Origin: Hyaloraphidium curvatum SAG 235-1
Lineage: Eukaryota > Fungi > Monoblepharomycota
Length of the DNA: 64,000 bases
Assembly: GCA_025558095.1 (NCBI GenBank)
Contig: JAIVFI010000020.1
Span: 310,001 to 374,000, forward strand
Direction of reading: 5' to 3'
The notes beneath the pieces are model-generated. The model did not search any database and had not been told where the DNA came from. It saw only the letters and a program-made list of their open reading frames with translations. Within the stretch, counting starts at the first letter, position 1. Each line of letters begins with the position of its first letter. A program made the position numbers and the translations under genes. Positions 25,858 through 36,783 of the stretch are shown here, one piece after another.

Positions 25858-27889
25858 TCACGAATACTTGGATCCAAAGTAGCTTGCCGCCCCATCCGCT
25901 CTCCGGGGGCCTTTGGACAGGAAACCGATCGCGGTCGGCTTGCCGTGCTTCGAAAACTGCTTCCTCGCCGCGGTGACAGAGTCCATACGCGGCACGCGGC
26001 GGCCGAAGAAGTGGCGGTGGAGCAGATCTGCAGCCATATCGTTCGGTGCCGGAGGCAGATTGCCGCGGGGATCCGTCTTGGTGGCGAGGGGCACGACAGC
26101 CGTCGACCTAAACCGACCACGTCAGACAGAGAAGAGGTAAACCGAGCTGAAAAGACGGTACGTACCCAACGATCTTGCCCCCACTGTGCTCGATTGCGTC
26201 GAGCCGCCTCCGTTTCCTCTCCTCCTCCGTCTCCTTGATAGGCCGTCTGCGCTTCTTGTCCCGAGCCTTTTCCTTCTCCGTCCGCTTTCTCTCCTCTTCA
26301 ACCAGCCGATCGAAATCGGTCCCAAATTCGACGGCATCCAACATCCCGTTGCCGCGCTTCGCCGGGGCTTCCAAATCCAACCTATCAAGATCGGCGAGCT
26401 CCGGAGCGTCCTCGTCGTCAGAGCCAAATGTCAGGTGCTTCCTTAGCTCGCCCTTGACCTTGACGGGCGCCTGACGTTCCGCATCAGACTCGTCCGTGTC
26501 GAAAAGCTGCGCAGCAGCAGCTTCCAGGTCAAACAGTTCTGGTGCAGGAGCTTTGCCTGCCGCTGGAGCCTTGGCCGCGACCACGTGCTGCTCCTCGTCG
26601 GAGGCCTCGACATGCTTTTGCTTCTTGACCTTCTTCGAAGCAGCTTTCGCGGCCTTCTCGCGCTCCGCCCTGCGACGCTCCTCCTTCTCCTGTCGCTTCT
26701 GCTTCTCTCTTTGCTCAACGCTGGCAAGGTGCTTCCGGCGCTGGCGCTCCGCAGACAGGACGGCAGCTTTGGAAGCCGAGGTCGAAATGTCCTCCGGCGC
26801 CGAATCCGAGTCCGAATCTGATTCGTCCGATGGCGACTCGTCCTTCGCGGCTGCCTCGCTTTGCTCGTCGCCGGAGTGGCCTTCCGAGACTTCGGCGGCC
26901 TCATCCACCGACGCCTCCCCGTCTGCGCCATGATCCTCCGCGCGAGGAGCTTCCAGAACTACACCGGCGCCCTCATCCTCGCTTTCCTCGGATGACGACG
27001 ACGAAGAAGCGTTTTTGCTCGCGGCTGCGGGCTTGGGCTTTGCAGGGGACGAAACCCCAACTTCTTCCTGGATGTCCTCCTCGAGATCTGTGTCCTCCTT
27101 GGCGACAGCTGCGGCAGCCGGCTTCCCATCGTCCGATTCGGCATCAGTAGCTGCTTGAAGCGCCTTTGGCTGCTTGGACTTCTTCCCCGAAGTGCGTTTT
27201 GGAGGAGGAGATCGTACGTCGAGATCGGCCGCGGGGACCGCCAGGCCCTCGACTTCGGGTACCCCAGTCTCTGCGGCTTCGCGGCCGCGCCGCTGCTTTG
27301 CGGGACTCGGGTCCTGCTCCTCCACCTCTTCTTCGGGCGCATCCGCATCATCAGCAGTCGATGCAGTCTTCTTTCCTCTCTTTGCCGTAGCTGGCGTAGC
27401 TTTCTTTGCGGCAGCGGCTTTCCGGCCGGTGCGGGGCGGACTCGGCACCTCGAGTTTCACCGCTTCCTCCTCCGGGTCCTCCACCTCATTTGTCTTATTT
27501 CTGCCGCGCCGCCCCGGTGTCTTGGCCGGGGTCTTTGACGGTTTCGGCGGGCTAGGCAGCGGTTCTGGCTGCGGCGTCGCGCTTCGTGCCCTCGTCGACC
27601 GTCGCAGCGCCGGTTTCTCGTCCGCTTCGCCCTCGTCATGGTTCTCGTCCGCGGAAGGCTCAGGTGTTTTCGATCGAGCGCGAGTTCTCAGGGCGATTGG
27701 AGCATCGCTGTCTTCGACATCGCTCCCAGCGTCCGCAGCGGGCGTGGGCGGCTCGAGGGTCACCCGCGGCACCCGGGGGGCCGCGGGAGTCGCCTCATCG
27801 GGCGGCGAGGCGCGTCGAGCTCGGCGCCGCGCCGTAGGGGGCGCTGCAGGCGTCGGCGGCGCCAGCCGGGAGGAAGAGCGAGGGGGCAT
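25858..27889 (-). CDS. Low-complexity acidic/basic nuclear protein, possibly U3 snoRNA-associated (Bud21/Utp16-like)
   Basis: Long charged ORF with SDSDSAPEDIS followed by a coiled coil; short intron near 26108-26164 joins the last exon ending at 25858. Confidence 0.5.
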
Positions 27890-28024
27890 TGGAATGTGAA
27901 AGCAGTGTTTACCACGCGCGGCGTCGGCTCCATCAAACCATTCCTGCATCGTCGTGTCTCCGCAAGTTCAAAAGCCAGCATTCAAATGCATTTGTAGCCC
28001 TAAACAACAAGTAATGTTCCATGC

Positions 28025-29945
28025 TCACAGCTCGACCCGCTCGACTTCGGCCTTGGCTTCCTCCCACGACTGGGCCGCCTTGCGGCTCCACTCCCTCATC
28101 TCCCTGGCAAAGCCTAGCATGATGGACTTGAGTTCCGCCATCTTCTCGCGCTGGTACCGGTCCAGATCCCGCTGGATCGCGACACCCGACTCGGCCAGCT
28201 CGGCCTGCAGGCCGTCGCGCTTCTCCGACAGCGAGAGGATCTTTTCGCGGGTGCGGGCGATCGAGCTCCGGCGCGTGGCGGCCGGATCGTTGTCGATAAG
28301 CGAGTTGAGCGTCGATAGGATGGTGTTTGTGCGCGAAGGCACAGGTGCCGGCGGCAGGGCGGGGAGAGGGTGCTCCGAGGGATCGTCCGACGAGCTCGAA
28401 GCCGTCGCGGTGGGCGGAAACGCGGGCGGAGGGAAAGTTGCCGCCGCGGCCTCAGGGTCCGCTGGTGCCGCCGGTGCCGCGAACGCGGTGGAGCCCCGCT
28501 GGAGGCCCTGCTGGACCCGCGTTGCCTCCTGCTCCGTCCGCTCCAGGCTTTGCAACTGGCTCCGCTTTCCTTCGATCTCCGCCAAGACGCCTTCCCACTC
28601 CACGTTCCGGGCACGGCGCCACTGGAGTACCTTGTCCACCGATTGGGCCAGCTGGGCTTGCTCCTGCAGCGGCTCCGCAAACGAAGATTCCAGCCCCTGC
28701 CGCAGTCGCGCCGTCGCGCGGCCGGTGGCCTCCTGCGCCTGGCCGATGCGTTCCAGTGCCGCGCCCAGCGGCGGTTCGGAGAGAGACCACGCGTTGTACT
28801 GGGCCGCGATGTCCGAGAGGACCTGCTGCGTGCCGTCGAGGTTCGTGAGGATGGCCCGCGAAGTGCGGTGCGCGTGGGAGATCGACGCGTGGAACTGCGA
28901 GGTGTAGGATTCCGCGTTGATCCAGTGCGGGTCTGTCAGGTGACGTTCAGCGAACGAAGCAACCATCGCAAGAGTCTTCCCACCAGGGCTTATGAGCGTC
29001 CCTTTGCCGAGAACCTTCTTCAGGGGCCCTCCGCTGCTGCTCTTCGGCACGACGGCCTTTGCCAGCACCTCGTTCCAGCTGCCGGGCTCAAGGAAGCCGT
29101 GGACCATGTGGTCAGCACCCAGGATGGGGTGCCTGACCACGCGGTTCAGGAAAGACGCGAGCATCCGCTTCCGCTTCGCAATCACGGTCGGATCGTCCTT
29201 TGTGCGCGACTGCTTGGTCGCGTAGTCGGCCAGGGTGTGCTTCTCCGGGATGGGCGGGACCACGACGGTAGGGTGGATCCGCTGCAGCGACTTGCGCAAC
29301 GACTCGAATTCCGAGTACCTCCGGAGCACGGTGTGGAGAGGGGTGGAGGAGCTGGGGTTGAGGGCGACGATCTGGTAGACGATGAAGGAGGTGCCGGTCA
29401 TGTCGGTCGACTGCGGAGTCTGGAAGTCAGCATGCAATGCGGGCGTAGTCGTGCCCGAAAGCAAAGGAGGATAAATCGCTCTGCCTTCAACGCGAATGCC
29501 GCCGGTTGCCCACGACGACGCGTCGACCCCGGGGCATGGGGTTTCCACGGTTTCACCGATTCGAACCATGCTTCCACGACCCGGTCCCAAAGTTCACCTT
29601 TTGCGAGTCTGCGATCGCAATCATGTTGCGCCTCTCCGACTCCGCGTCCGCCCCGGACGCGGGGTACATCTGCAGCCACTTGAGGATCGCCGCATGGGTC
29701 GGGCAGCACGGTGCCGCCGGCTTCTGCGGCGCGGGGTCGGCCGGCGGCGCCGTCTCCGGCAGCGCGTACGCGGCGGACGTCATCGGCGGCTCCGGCGGCT
29801 CGTCGTCGAGGGGCACGACGGCGGCTGCAGGCGGCGGCGCGTCGAACGCGTCCTCGTCGTCTGCGGCGGTCCGAGCGAGCGGGTTGAACGCGTTGCCGCC
29901 GAACGACTCCAACTCGTCATCGGACGAAGTCGCCGAGAGCGCCAT
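28025..29945 (-). CDS. PX-BAR sorting nexin (Snx41/Atg20-like), multi-exon
   Basis: IAIADSQK, FIVYQI, VLRRYSEFESLR, VVPPIPEKH, KRKRMLASFLNRV..HP, BAR helices. Confidence 0.88.
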
Positions 29946-30049
29946 GTCGAGTTGGCCGGGACTTGCGCGTCGAGCTGCGTCCGTCCAAGGCGGCGGTGCA
30001 TGATCGTTCGAGGGCACGCGCGCGGTTCGCGCGGCCCCCACTGGACGCG

Positions 30050-31480
30050 ATGGAGGCCTTCCAATCCTTCGTGGAGGCCCACATCGCGCCTCGTGCTCCT
30101 TTGGCAGTGGCCCTAGACGGCGTCGAGGGCCGAGGCTACGCGCTCCGGCTCTCTCGGGACGCCAACGCCGGCGATCTCCTCTTCCGGATTCCAGCGGACG
30201 CTCTTCTGCGGGCGCCACCGCTCGGAGGTCCCGAATTGAATCGCAGTGAGGGCGGCCTCGTGAGCCCTGCCGCGCTGGGGTTCTTTGCCCGCGCCGTTCA
30301 GGATCGGACAGGGGAGAGCATCGGCCTCTCGAACGAAGAGCTTCCTTTCGACGACCTGAGGCTCATACTGGAACTGATTCACCAGCGCTCGCTAGGGACA
30401 GCGTCGCCTTGGTACGGATACATTGCAATGCTGCCCAAAGACTTCCCGACCTGCCCACTTTACTGGAGCGACGAGGACACGGAGAGGAGGCTGACCGGAG
30501 CCCCACTTTATGGCCTGGCCGAGGAACTTCGCGCGCAATTAAGGCTTGCATGGGAGTGGACTCTGGATCTGCTGTCGCAGCATCTCCCTCGGAACCAGCT
30601 GGAGAGCTACGATTGGGGAGCTTTCGTTTGGGCGTACATGGTGGTGCAATCCCGCGCCTTCAAGGTCCGTTTTCCGGGAATCGAGGGCACGGAGACCGTC
30701 CTGGTTCCGTTTGGAGACATGGCCAACCACGCAATTGTGTCCGAGGATGCGGTCGTGCGGAATCTGCATGCGCTGGATGCCGGGACGGGCTGCCTCGAGG
30801 TCGTTTGCTCGCGTGCGGTGAATGCGGGGGACGAAATGACCATACACTGTCGGTTTCCTCCGTTCTGGTTTTCGATCTTACGTGTACTAATGCCCGATGC
30901 AGACAACGACCTTGCTCCGTGGCAGACTCTGCTTCATTACGGATTTTCAGTCCCCACCAGCTCCCCGAATCCCTACGATCGTATCAACCTCGCCCTGGCT
31001 TTCCCTGACGAAGATTCTTTCGAGCTGGAATCTCGAAAGCTCCTGTTGTTTTCCACCGTTTCGGACCTGTCGGAGGAGCACTCGCTGACCGCGGAGCCGG
31101 CCGACAACTTCCTCGCGAGCGTCAGGGTGGCATTGGCGGTGGAAGAAGAACTCAACGGCCTCGATATCGAGGATGTCGCGGACAGGTGTTTCAGATCGTC
31201 GGGGCTCGGGGAGGCGAACGAGCGGAGGGCCGTTCGCGCGGCGATCCGGATGGTGCGATCCCTGGATTCTCTCTATCCTCGTCCGTTCGAGGAAGATGAA
31301 GAGGCGCTGGAAGCTTTGGAGATGGAGCTAAAGCTGGACGGAGAGCGCCTTGCCGATAGGGAGGCGCTACGCTATGCTGTCGGTCAGAGGCGCCTCCTTC
31401 GGAGCGTCCGAGCCTGGGCCGAGCGCCTGTACGCGGCACTCGGACCCGGCGATTCAGATGTAGACAGTGAAGATGAGTAG
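30050..31480 (+). CDS. SET-domain lysine methyltransferase (Rubisco-LSMT/SETD3-like)
   Basis: GRGYAL, SPWYGYIAMLP, WAYMVVQSRAF, LVPFGDMANH, LLHYGF. Confidence 0.85.
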   Translation: MEAFQSFVEAHIAPRAPLAVALDGVEGRGYALRLSRDANAGDLLFRIPADALLRAPPLGGPELNRSEGGLVSPAALGFFARAVQDRTGESIGLSNEELPFDDLRLILELIHQRSLGTASPWYGYIAMLPKDFPTCPLYWSDEDTERRLTGAPLYGLAEELRAQLRLAWEWTLDLLSQHLPRNQLESYDWGAFVWAYMVVQSRAFKVRFPGIEGTETVLVPFGDMANHAIVSEDAVVRNLHALDAGTGCLEVVCSRAVNAGDEMTIHCRFPPFWFSILRVLMPDADNDLAPWQTLLHYGFSVPTSSPNPYDRINLALAFPDEDSFELESRKLLLFSTVSDLSEEHSLTAEPADNFLASVRVALAVEEELNGLDIEDVADRCFRSSGLGEANERRAVRAAIRMVRSLDSLYPRPFEEDEEALEALEMELKLDGERLADREALRYAVGQRRLLRSVRAWAERLYAALGPGDSDVDSEDE

Positions 31481-31575
31481 CGCAGTAGATTCTCCGGCCC
31501 ATTACAACCGTGAAAAAGCCAGACGCGTCCAGTTCCGAGTCGCCCCGTCCTCGGCTTCCAATCCTGGAGCCCCCT

Positions 31576-31956
31576 TCAATCCACAATGTCCACCTTCAGC
31601 TTGATGCCCACGAGCGGCAGCATCAGCTTCTGTTCAAACTCGACGAGCTTTTGCCTATCGCGTTCCGTGCTGTACCCCTTCTTCGCGTCCTCGAACCCCC
31701 GCGACAGCTCGACCAGGATCGTGTTGGTCGCCCCGGACCGGTAGTCCCCCGTCGGATTGTTGCTCTCCTCCGCGACGTTGTCGATCGACCAGAAGGTCGG
31801 CAGCGTTGACGCCAGTTGCGTTATCAGCTTGATGTCCTCGGCAAGCTGCCTCGTCCCGGTCGGTGCCGGGCCCTCGCCATCCTTGCCCGCGGGATCGGCA
31901 GGATCGGCTGCATCATTCTGCGACTCGATGGCCGGTGGTTTGCCCTCTTCCGACAT
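31576..31956 (-). CDS. Hypothetical 126-aa protein
   Basis: MSEEGKPPAIESQ...LVGIKLKVDIVD, the protein-like 3' part of ORF 31576..32613. Confidence 0.55.
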   Translation of the reverse strand: MSEEGKPPAIESQNDAADPADPAGKDGEGPAPTGTRQLAEDIKLITQLASTLPTFWSIDNVAEESNNPTGDYRSGATNTILVELSRGFEDAKKGYSTERDRQKLVEFEQKLMLPLVGIKLKVDIVD

Positions 31957-32109
31957 TAGGGATCGCAGGGGACGATTGGGGGATGGGTCGAGGCTGATGA
32001 TTCGCATCGCGCCGGCCGCGGAGGGACGAAGAGGGATACTCGCCCCTTTCTCGCCAGCAAACCGACATTCGCCGCCGCAGCAGACGCCCATCGTCATCGT
32101 CATAAGAGG

Positions 32110-33996
32110 ATGCCGGGCAGTCCTGGTCCGTCGGTCGACAGGGTGGTGGTCATTCGTTGCGGCGGGGCCCAGGCCGCGTGCACCTGGGAGGCCGTCAGCA
32201 CCAACTACGAAGCCGAGCGCCGTGCCGGCAAGGTGGCCATCTGGGACGATGCCGACCACGAGCCCCATGTTACGCTGCGCGACCTGGTCCGCCTGAGGGA
32301 TGCCGCCCAGGCGGCTCGCTTCGCGGCGGGGAAGACTGTTGACTGTTTCGTCTGTGTTGGGAACCCACTCACGAGGGAGAAACTGGCTTGCGCGGTGCGG
32401 AAGGAGCTCCAGGGTACTTTCGTGAGGTTCCCGGCCGTCGTGCACCCCGCGGCATTCGTCTCGCCCACGGCAACGGTTAAGGAAGGCACCTACGTCGGTC
32501 CCTTTGCCCTGGTGCACACCAATGCCACCGTGGGCTCCTTCTGTATCGTCAACAGCCACGCAACGGTGGAGCACGATTGCGTCCTGGAGGACTTCTGCCA
32601 GCTGAACCCGCACGCGACCGTCGGGGGTTGCGCCAGGATCGGCCGCTACAGCGTGCTCGGTCTGGGTTCATCGGTCAGGGACAAGGCGACAATTGCTCCG
32701 CGATCCTTGATTGGGATGCAGGCGGCCGTCGTGCGGAACATCGCAGAGGTCGGTCGGACCTGGATCGGGGTGCCCGCGAAGCAGCTGCTTCCACCGCCCG
32801 TTGCCACCGGAAAGCCGGGACCAGGCGTGCTCAGGGGACTCCGGTGGTGCGGCATCAAGCCGCTGTCGTTTGAGTCCATGAAGCGGTACCTGGAAGAGAG
32901 CTTGAGGCTGAACCAGCTCACCAATGGCGGGCCGCTGCAGACCGTGCTCGGACAGAAGCTGGCCAGCATCACGGGCTCGTCCCGCGCAATCATCCCTTGT
33001 GCAAACGGGACCGCGGCGCTCCATGCCCTCGCTGCGGCCTGGTCGCTTAAGCTGGGCAAGCCCATCAGATGGGCAACTCAGGCTTTCACCTTCCCGCCGG
33101 CAATCCAGGGCTCCCTCTCTGGTTCTCTGGTTTTGGACAACGATCTTGAGCTCGGGGGCCCGTGCATGGCCTCCCTGGAGCGCTTTAAGGACGCGATCGA
33201 CGGCGTTGTGGTAACCAACGTGTTTGGCCTGCAGACCCGAATCCTCGAGTACGAGGCGTGGTGCAATCGGCACGGCAAGGTCCTGATCTTTGACGACGCG
33301 GCCACGCCCGTCGGGTTCCTGCCCGACGGCCGCAGCATCCTCGACGCCGGCAACGGATCCATCATCAGCCTGCACGAGACAAAACCGCTCGGCCGGGGCG
33401 AGGGCGGGGCGGTGTTTGTCGACGCCGAGATCGCGCCGTTCGTTTCGCGTGTGATCAACTTCGGCTTCGACACCGCCGCCGTCGTCCGCGTCGGCCTGCC
33501 GCTCGCCAGCAACTGGAGGATGTCGGACATTGCCGCCGCGGCCATCTGCGACCACCTGGACACGATCCTCAACCCCGCATGGATGTCGCACCACCAGGCC
33601 CTCGTGCGAAAGGTGCCCGGCCTGCTTCGGGCCCGGGGCCTCGACTTCGACACCTGCTTTTCCATTCAAGGGCCTACCATCCTGCCGTGTCTGCTTATCC
33701 GGGTCCCGGATCCCCTGATCGGGCGCGTCGACGAACTTTGCCGCTGGCTCTATTCGCAGGATCGGGAGATGCCCGTCGAGGCCAAGCATTACTACGTCCC
33801 GCTGGCCGATCGGCAGGCGGTGCCCAACGCCTGGGCCGTCTTCGATCGCAACATCTGCATCCCGTTCCATTCAGATCTCAGCCTCTCGGACATCGAGTGC
33901 GCGATGGACTCCGTCCTGGCAGGGATGCGGGCCAACATGCCTCAAGTTGGGCGAGCCCGGCCCGCGTCAGTAGAAGGGGCCGTTCATGTACAGTAA
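32110..33996 (+). CDS. Fusion of PglD/NeuD-type sugar acetyltransferase (hexapeptide repeat) and DegT/DnrJ/EryC1/StrS PLP aminotransferase
   Basis: FVCVGNPLTR, VVHPAAFVS, hexapeptide repeats, VEHDC, WIGVPAK; then LTNGGP, CANGTAALH, FTFP, VVVTNVFG, LIFDDAA, SLHETKPLGRGEGG, NWRMSDIAAA, HYYVPL, ICIPFH; intronless, 628 aa. Confidence 0.9.
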   Translation: MPGSPGPSVDRVVVIRCGGAQAACTWEAVSTNYEAERRAGKVAIWDDADHEPHVTLRDLVRLRDAAQAARFAAGKTVDCFVCVGNPLTREKLACAVRKELQGTFVRFPAVVHPAAFVSPTATVKEGTYVGPFALVHTNATVGSFCIVNSHATVEHDCVLEDFCQLNPHATVGGCARIGRYSVLGLGSSVRDKATIAPRSLIGMQAAVVRNIAEVGRTWIGVPAKQLLPPPVATGKPGPGVLRGLRWCGIKPLSFESMKRYLEESLRLNQLTNGGPLQTVLGQKLASITGSSRAIIPCANGTAALHALAAAWSLKLGKPIRWATQAFTFPPAIQGSLSGSLVLDNDLELGGPCMASLERFKDAIDGVVVTNVFGLQTRILEYEAWCNRHGKVLIFDDAATPVGFLPDGRSILDAGNGSIISLHETKPLGRGEGGAVFVDAEIAPFVSRVINFGFDTAAVVRVGLPLASNWRMSDIAAAAICDHLDTILNPAWMSHHQALVRKVPGLLRARGLDFDTCFSIQGPTILPCLLIRVPDPLIGRVDELCRWLYSQDREMPVEAKHYYVPLADRQAVPNAWAVFDRNICIPFHSDLSLSDIECAMDSVLAGMRANMPQVGRARPASVEGAVHVQ

Positions 33997-34209
33997 GATT
34001 TATGCCCTCGTTGGGCCTTCAGAAATTAGAAAGTGACGATTCGGAGGACTTCCGCCTTTCGCCTTCGACTTGGTTGTTTGATCGGGCGTCAGTCATTCCT
34101 TCCGTCCCACAACCGAGGCGGCAGACCTGCGCCCAGAGCAGGGGCCGCGACCTTTATAGGAGTCAGATAGCGGTCTCCTGGCCAACACTCGGGACAGCGG
34201 ACCGCGGAG

Positions 34210-35016
34210 ATGGCCTTGCCCGACCAGCAGGACTCGACGGCCTCGCCGGCCCCGCGGATGCCGCCGAAGCCGTTGAAACCGCCCTGGATCCGCCACCTTT
34301 GGTTCCTTGTGGCTCACGTGGTGTTTCCCGCCCTTCTCTCCTTCGGGATCAATTTCGGAATATCCTATCCTTTGTACGCCACAAGGCCGGACCCCGTCAA
34401 TGTGTGGTGGTTTCCCGCTACGCTCGCAGGGGACCTTGCCGTCACCATCTTCGTGACCGTGGGCCTGACATACGTCTTGGACTCGGTCGCCGTGCACGGG
34501 GATGTGGCCAATGGGCTGCTGCGCGCGCAGCCCGTGCCGGACTGGCTCTCTGCTACGGGAGCGGACGCCGCAGGCCGCGGCCGGACATCTGGGCTCTGCG
34601 GGCACGCATTTGCCCGCCTCGTGCTGTTTTTCATCTCCCTGCCCCGGCCGAGATCAGTTCCGATTGTGCGGCTGCTCTTTGCCATCGTAGTCAGGGCCGT
34701 GGCGCTCGGCGCCGCCTTCTTCCCCTTCTTCTGGGCCCTGGGAATCGGCGTGCTGTACGCCCTGCCCCGGATTGGCAACGACAACGGCTCGCCGGTCTTC
34801 GAGAACTGGCCGCTGCCTTGCATCTTCAAGGGCTTCTTCGGGATGGTCCTCGCGGGTGGCACGACCCCCTGCATCGCCTGGTTCGCGCTCGTGCGCTGCA
34901 CGCTGTGGTCGCAGATGGAGGCATGCGACGCGAACGGGCTCGAGGTGTCGAGCTTGGACAGCGGGCCGGCGGAGGCGCCCAAGGCGGAGTCTAAGCCCGA
35001 GGCAGCGGTGGTATGA
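34210..35016 (+). CDS. Multi-pass membrane protein of unknown function
   Basis: 268-aa intronless ORF with about 4 hydrophobic segments; TLAGDLAVTIFV, IFKGFFG. Confidence 0.7.
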   Translation: MALPDQQDSTASPAPRMPPKPLKPPWIRHLWFLVAHVVFPALLSFGINFGISYPLYATRPDPVNVWWFPATLAGDLAVTIFVTVGLTYVLDSVAVHGDVANGLLRAQPVPDWLSATGADAAGRGRTSGLCGHAFARLVLFFISLPRPRSVPIVRLLFAIVVRAVALGAAFFPFFWALGIGVLYALPRIGNDNGSPVFENWPLPCIFKGFFGMVLAGGTTPCIAWFALVRCTLWSQMEACDANGLEVSSLDSGPAEAPKAESKPEAAVV

Positions 35017-35253
35017 TCCATCCCCAGTTCTCCCATTCAATGGCATGGTGGTAGTGTACAGGTGGCGAACTACTCCGCTGTCCAAGGTATAGAATCTGTC
35101 TAAGGCTTCCCGCGCTTCTCCCATCTCCCGGCCAATTCCGACTTCCGTGCTCGAATGGTCCCCGCCCCCCGCCCATTCCCCGATGCCCAAGAGCAGCAAA
35201 AACAAAGCAGCAATACTCCAGACTACGATATCGTGTGCGGTTCCTCTAGGTGA

Positions 35254-36182
35254 TCAGAAGCTACCAACGCGCACCCGGCTTGTTGTTGCCGGGCGCACAA
35301 AGCTCCTCGACGGAGCATCGTCCTCGTCCTCGTCCTCGGAATGGAGCTCACCGCTCCTGGCGTACAGATTCAAGGTGACCGAGCGCGTGCCCGTAGCGAC
35401 GCCTGGGCCGCGGAACACAATTTCCCGCTTGGTCGATGGCGCATCGCCGGCGATCCGGATGGGTTCCGAATGGGGGAGGGAAGCGGGCTCGCGGGGGCTG
35501 AAATCGAGTTCGAGCTCGTCAATGTCCGACACCGAGGCGTAGGATGCGAAGGAGAGGGTGGGGGAGGGTTGGGGGGCTAGATCCTCGTCCGAAAAAGCAA
35601 AAGCGACGCCCGAGTCGCTGCGTTCCAGAGTGACCTGGGGCAGGTCCGGGTCGCCCGAGGCGACCGAGATGCCCAGATCGGCGAGGGCGAGGGCGGTCAC
35701 GTCCTCGGAGACGCTGAAGCTCGTGTACCGTTGTATCCGGAAGGACTCGTCGTCGGCGAGCTCGTCCGTGTCCTCCTCGAAGAGGTCCTCGGGCGGCTCC
35801 GGCCCGTCGGACGACGCAAGCATGCCGGCGTCTTCGCCGGCCCGCATCGCCGATCGCAGCTCCTCGTCGTCCTCGGCTGTGGGGAAGTAGCCGGGGTCGG
35901 GCTCGGGGATCGGGTCCCCCGAGCCCAGGAAGTGCTCGACGGCCTCGGTCATCTCCGGCGACAGCTGCGCCACCTTGTCGAGCAGGTGGTTTGTGAGGAG
36001 CGAGCGGCAGAGCGAAACGCTCTTGGGCGACCGCTGTGCCAGGGTGACCTGCGGGGGCGTCAGCGGCGGCGGGGGCGGCGGGCGGGGGCGGCGCCGCGGC
36101 GAGCGCGCACCTTCTTCGAGCATGCGATTGCGAGGCGCAGCAGCCCGCGCTGCTGCGGCTCCATCGGCGGCCGCGGGTTCAT
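35254..36182 (-). CDS. Hypothetical acidic protein with a short N-terminal helical motif, 2 exons
   Basis: MNPRPPMEPQQRGLLRLAIACSKK / VTLAQRSPKSVSLCRSLLTNHLLDKV followed by an acidic disordered tail. Confidence 0.55.
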
Positions 36183-36783
36183 CGGCGCGGTGGGGCGCGC
36201 TGCGGCGGCGGCAAAGTCGCCGCTGTCCCCACCCGTTCCGGCGGGGATCGCCGAGGGCGCGCGGCGGGCGAGGTGCCGCCACCCGCGCGTAAAGCGGAAT
36301 GAGCGGGCCGCTAAGGGGCACCGCCCGCGCTCCAACGGCCGTGATGCGGCCGGCCGTCGGCAGCCGCAAGAAATCGCGAACAGAACGGCCGGCCCGACCC
36401 GACCGCCGATCACACCCGCACTGATCCCCGTCCGTTTGCAGCAATGCTGCGTGATTCATCCTCATTCTAACGCAACCGCATGCTCATTGTCGTTCCGTAC
36501 CTCGGGGCGTGCATTGGACATGCAGTGACACCATCTTGATGGCAACGTCCGTTCCGCAGATCACATGCTCGAAAGGCCGGCCAACTGGGCCGCGCCAGAT
36601 GGTCCGGTCATAAAACCGATCGATGAATGCATGGATCCTCGACACCTCCAACCGCTTGTGTTTGCCTCCAAAAAGTGCAAAAGCGGGCGGTCCGGACGGT
36701 CTGCTCCAGCCGCCACCTCGAGTGACGTCGATCGTCTGACTCCCAACCCAACATCAAGCTAGACACTCGCCTCTCTAGACAAA

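Noticed and set aside
32110-33996. Bacterial contamination or operon
   Set aside because: Embedded among spliced eukaryotic genes with broadly similar GC, and a paralog lies in the same window; read-level confirmation is still advisable
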